Assembly (NCBI GenBank): GCA_047495785.1
Contig: JBLDXI010000031.1
Coordinates: forward strand, 1,302,001 to 1,366,000
Direction: 5' to 3'
Length of the DNA stretch: 64,000 bases
DNA from: Lepidodermella squamata
Lineage: Eukaryota; Animalia; Gastrotricha
In this document: piece after piece, positions 63,016 to 64,000 of the stretch
Layout of the letters: every line of letters begins with the position of its first letter
Position numbering within the stretch: position 1 is the first letter of the stretch
Program-made: the position numbers and the translations under genes
The notes under the pieces: model-generated
The model's input: the letters and a program-made list of their open reading frames with translations, nothing else
Database searches by the model: none
Told to the model about the DNA's origin: nothing

Positions 63016-64000
63016 ATGGGTCTCGAATCGATTGCGATATTTTTGAATAACAAAAATGTTTTCTACTCTGGCGAGACCCTTACCGGGTTCTGCAATGTTA
63101 CCTGCTCAGCACCGACTCAAATTCCAAGCTTGAAGGTGCGCCTAGAAGGATATGCACGTGTTTCATGGTCTGAATCCCGTACAAGAACGCATCGAGACTC
63201 TCAAGGGCACTCCCACTCAGAAACCTATTACGTTCACTTCAGCTCAGCCATGGACCTTGTGTGTCTGGAGCAAGATATTTTGGTTCAAGGAGGCGTCTTA
63301 CCTCCGGGAACACACAGCTTGCCTTTTGGTTTTCAAGTGCCTCCAACGTAAGTTACTTGAAACATTTTATCGTTATTGCCAACACTCATTAAATAGGCTG
63401 GTCACTTCTTTCGAAGGAGCTCATGGCTATGTTCGATATTGGATCGAAGCTAAAGTTCCTCAGAATTGGTTTAAAGCTTTGTTTGCTCCTACTGGGCGTG
63501 TATCCATCAAAATTATTCAGCCGATCGACACTAACATCCCACAGTACAACGTTAGTTCGCTTTAATGTTTGTCGAAGTTGGCTATTTTATCAACATTATA
63601 GTTTTCCGTACGTGGAACTGATAACAAAACGATTTGTTGCTGCTGCTGTGCTCAAGGGCCTTTGGTAGTCGAGGCCGGAACCGATCGAGCCGCTTATTGC
63701 CCGAGCGAAGTAGTAACACTCACCGGTCGCTTTGATAACAAGTCACGCCGGGAGGTCCGACCATTTGCCAAATTAGTACAACGCGTCAATTACTACGCTG
63801 AGGGGCATCACAAACAAGAGAGTAGATCCTGGGATTTGCAATCTGTTGGCGCTGTCGATGGAATTCTGAATGCTATCAAAGAAAACGAGCAATCCGTTTG
63901 GAATGGAGCGCAATTTGCGATTCCAGGCGTCTCGCCGTCTCTGTCAATACCTATTGTTCAAGTTTCGTACTACATCGAAGTCGGACTTGACATTCCAATG
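63016..64000 (+). CDS. Alpha-arrestin (arrestin domain-containing protein), runs off the window
   Basis: Exons 63016-63347, 63397-63550 and 63602 to beyond 64000. Motifs: VFYSGETLTG, LEGYARVSW, LPPGTHSLPFGFQVP, TSFEGAHGYVRY, K.ICCCCCAQGP, RAAYCPSE, VSYYIEV. Confidence 0.88.

Overview
This is eukaryotic (invertebrate animal) genomic DNA, with GT-AG introns, many about 50 nt long, and AT-rich intronic and intergenic sequence. No prokaryotic features, CRISPR arrays or rRNA/tRNA genes were seen. By manual splicing I reconstruct about 16 protein-coding genes. The conserved housekeeping genes are CHIC2-like, SNX5/6, MOK kinase, GTPBP10, glutathione synthetase, PLPBP/PROSC and an alpha-arrestin. The others are: an Apaf-1/CED-4-like CARD-NB-ARC protein ending in ankyrin repeats; a GPI-type Ly6/three-finger protein; a Bari-like NKL homeobox gene nested antisense in a MOK intron; two paralogous giant secreted F5/8-type-C proteins flanking a divergent GABA-B-like GPCR and a GT32-LamG fusion; an astacin; and a candidate neuropeptide precursor nested antisense in the GTPBP10 intron. 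Two gene junctions (CHIC2-SNX6 and PLPBP-GSS) look like operon/SL-trans-splicing intercistronic regions. Several MITEs (piggyBac-type TTAA and Tc1/mariner-type TA), an RTE LINE fragment and local tandem and direct repeats are present. All homology calls come from motif recognition, not database searches. Exon coordinates were read by hand and may be off by a few bases.
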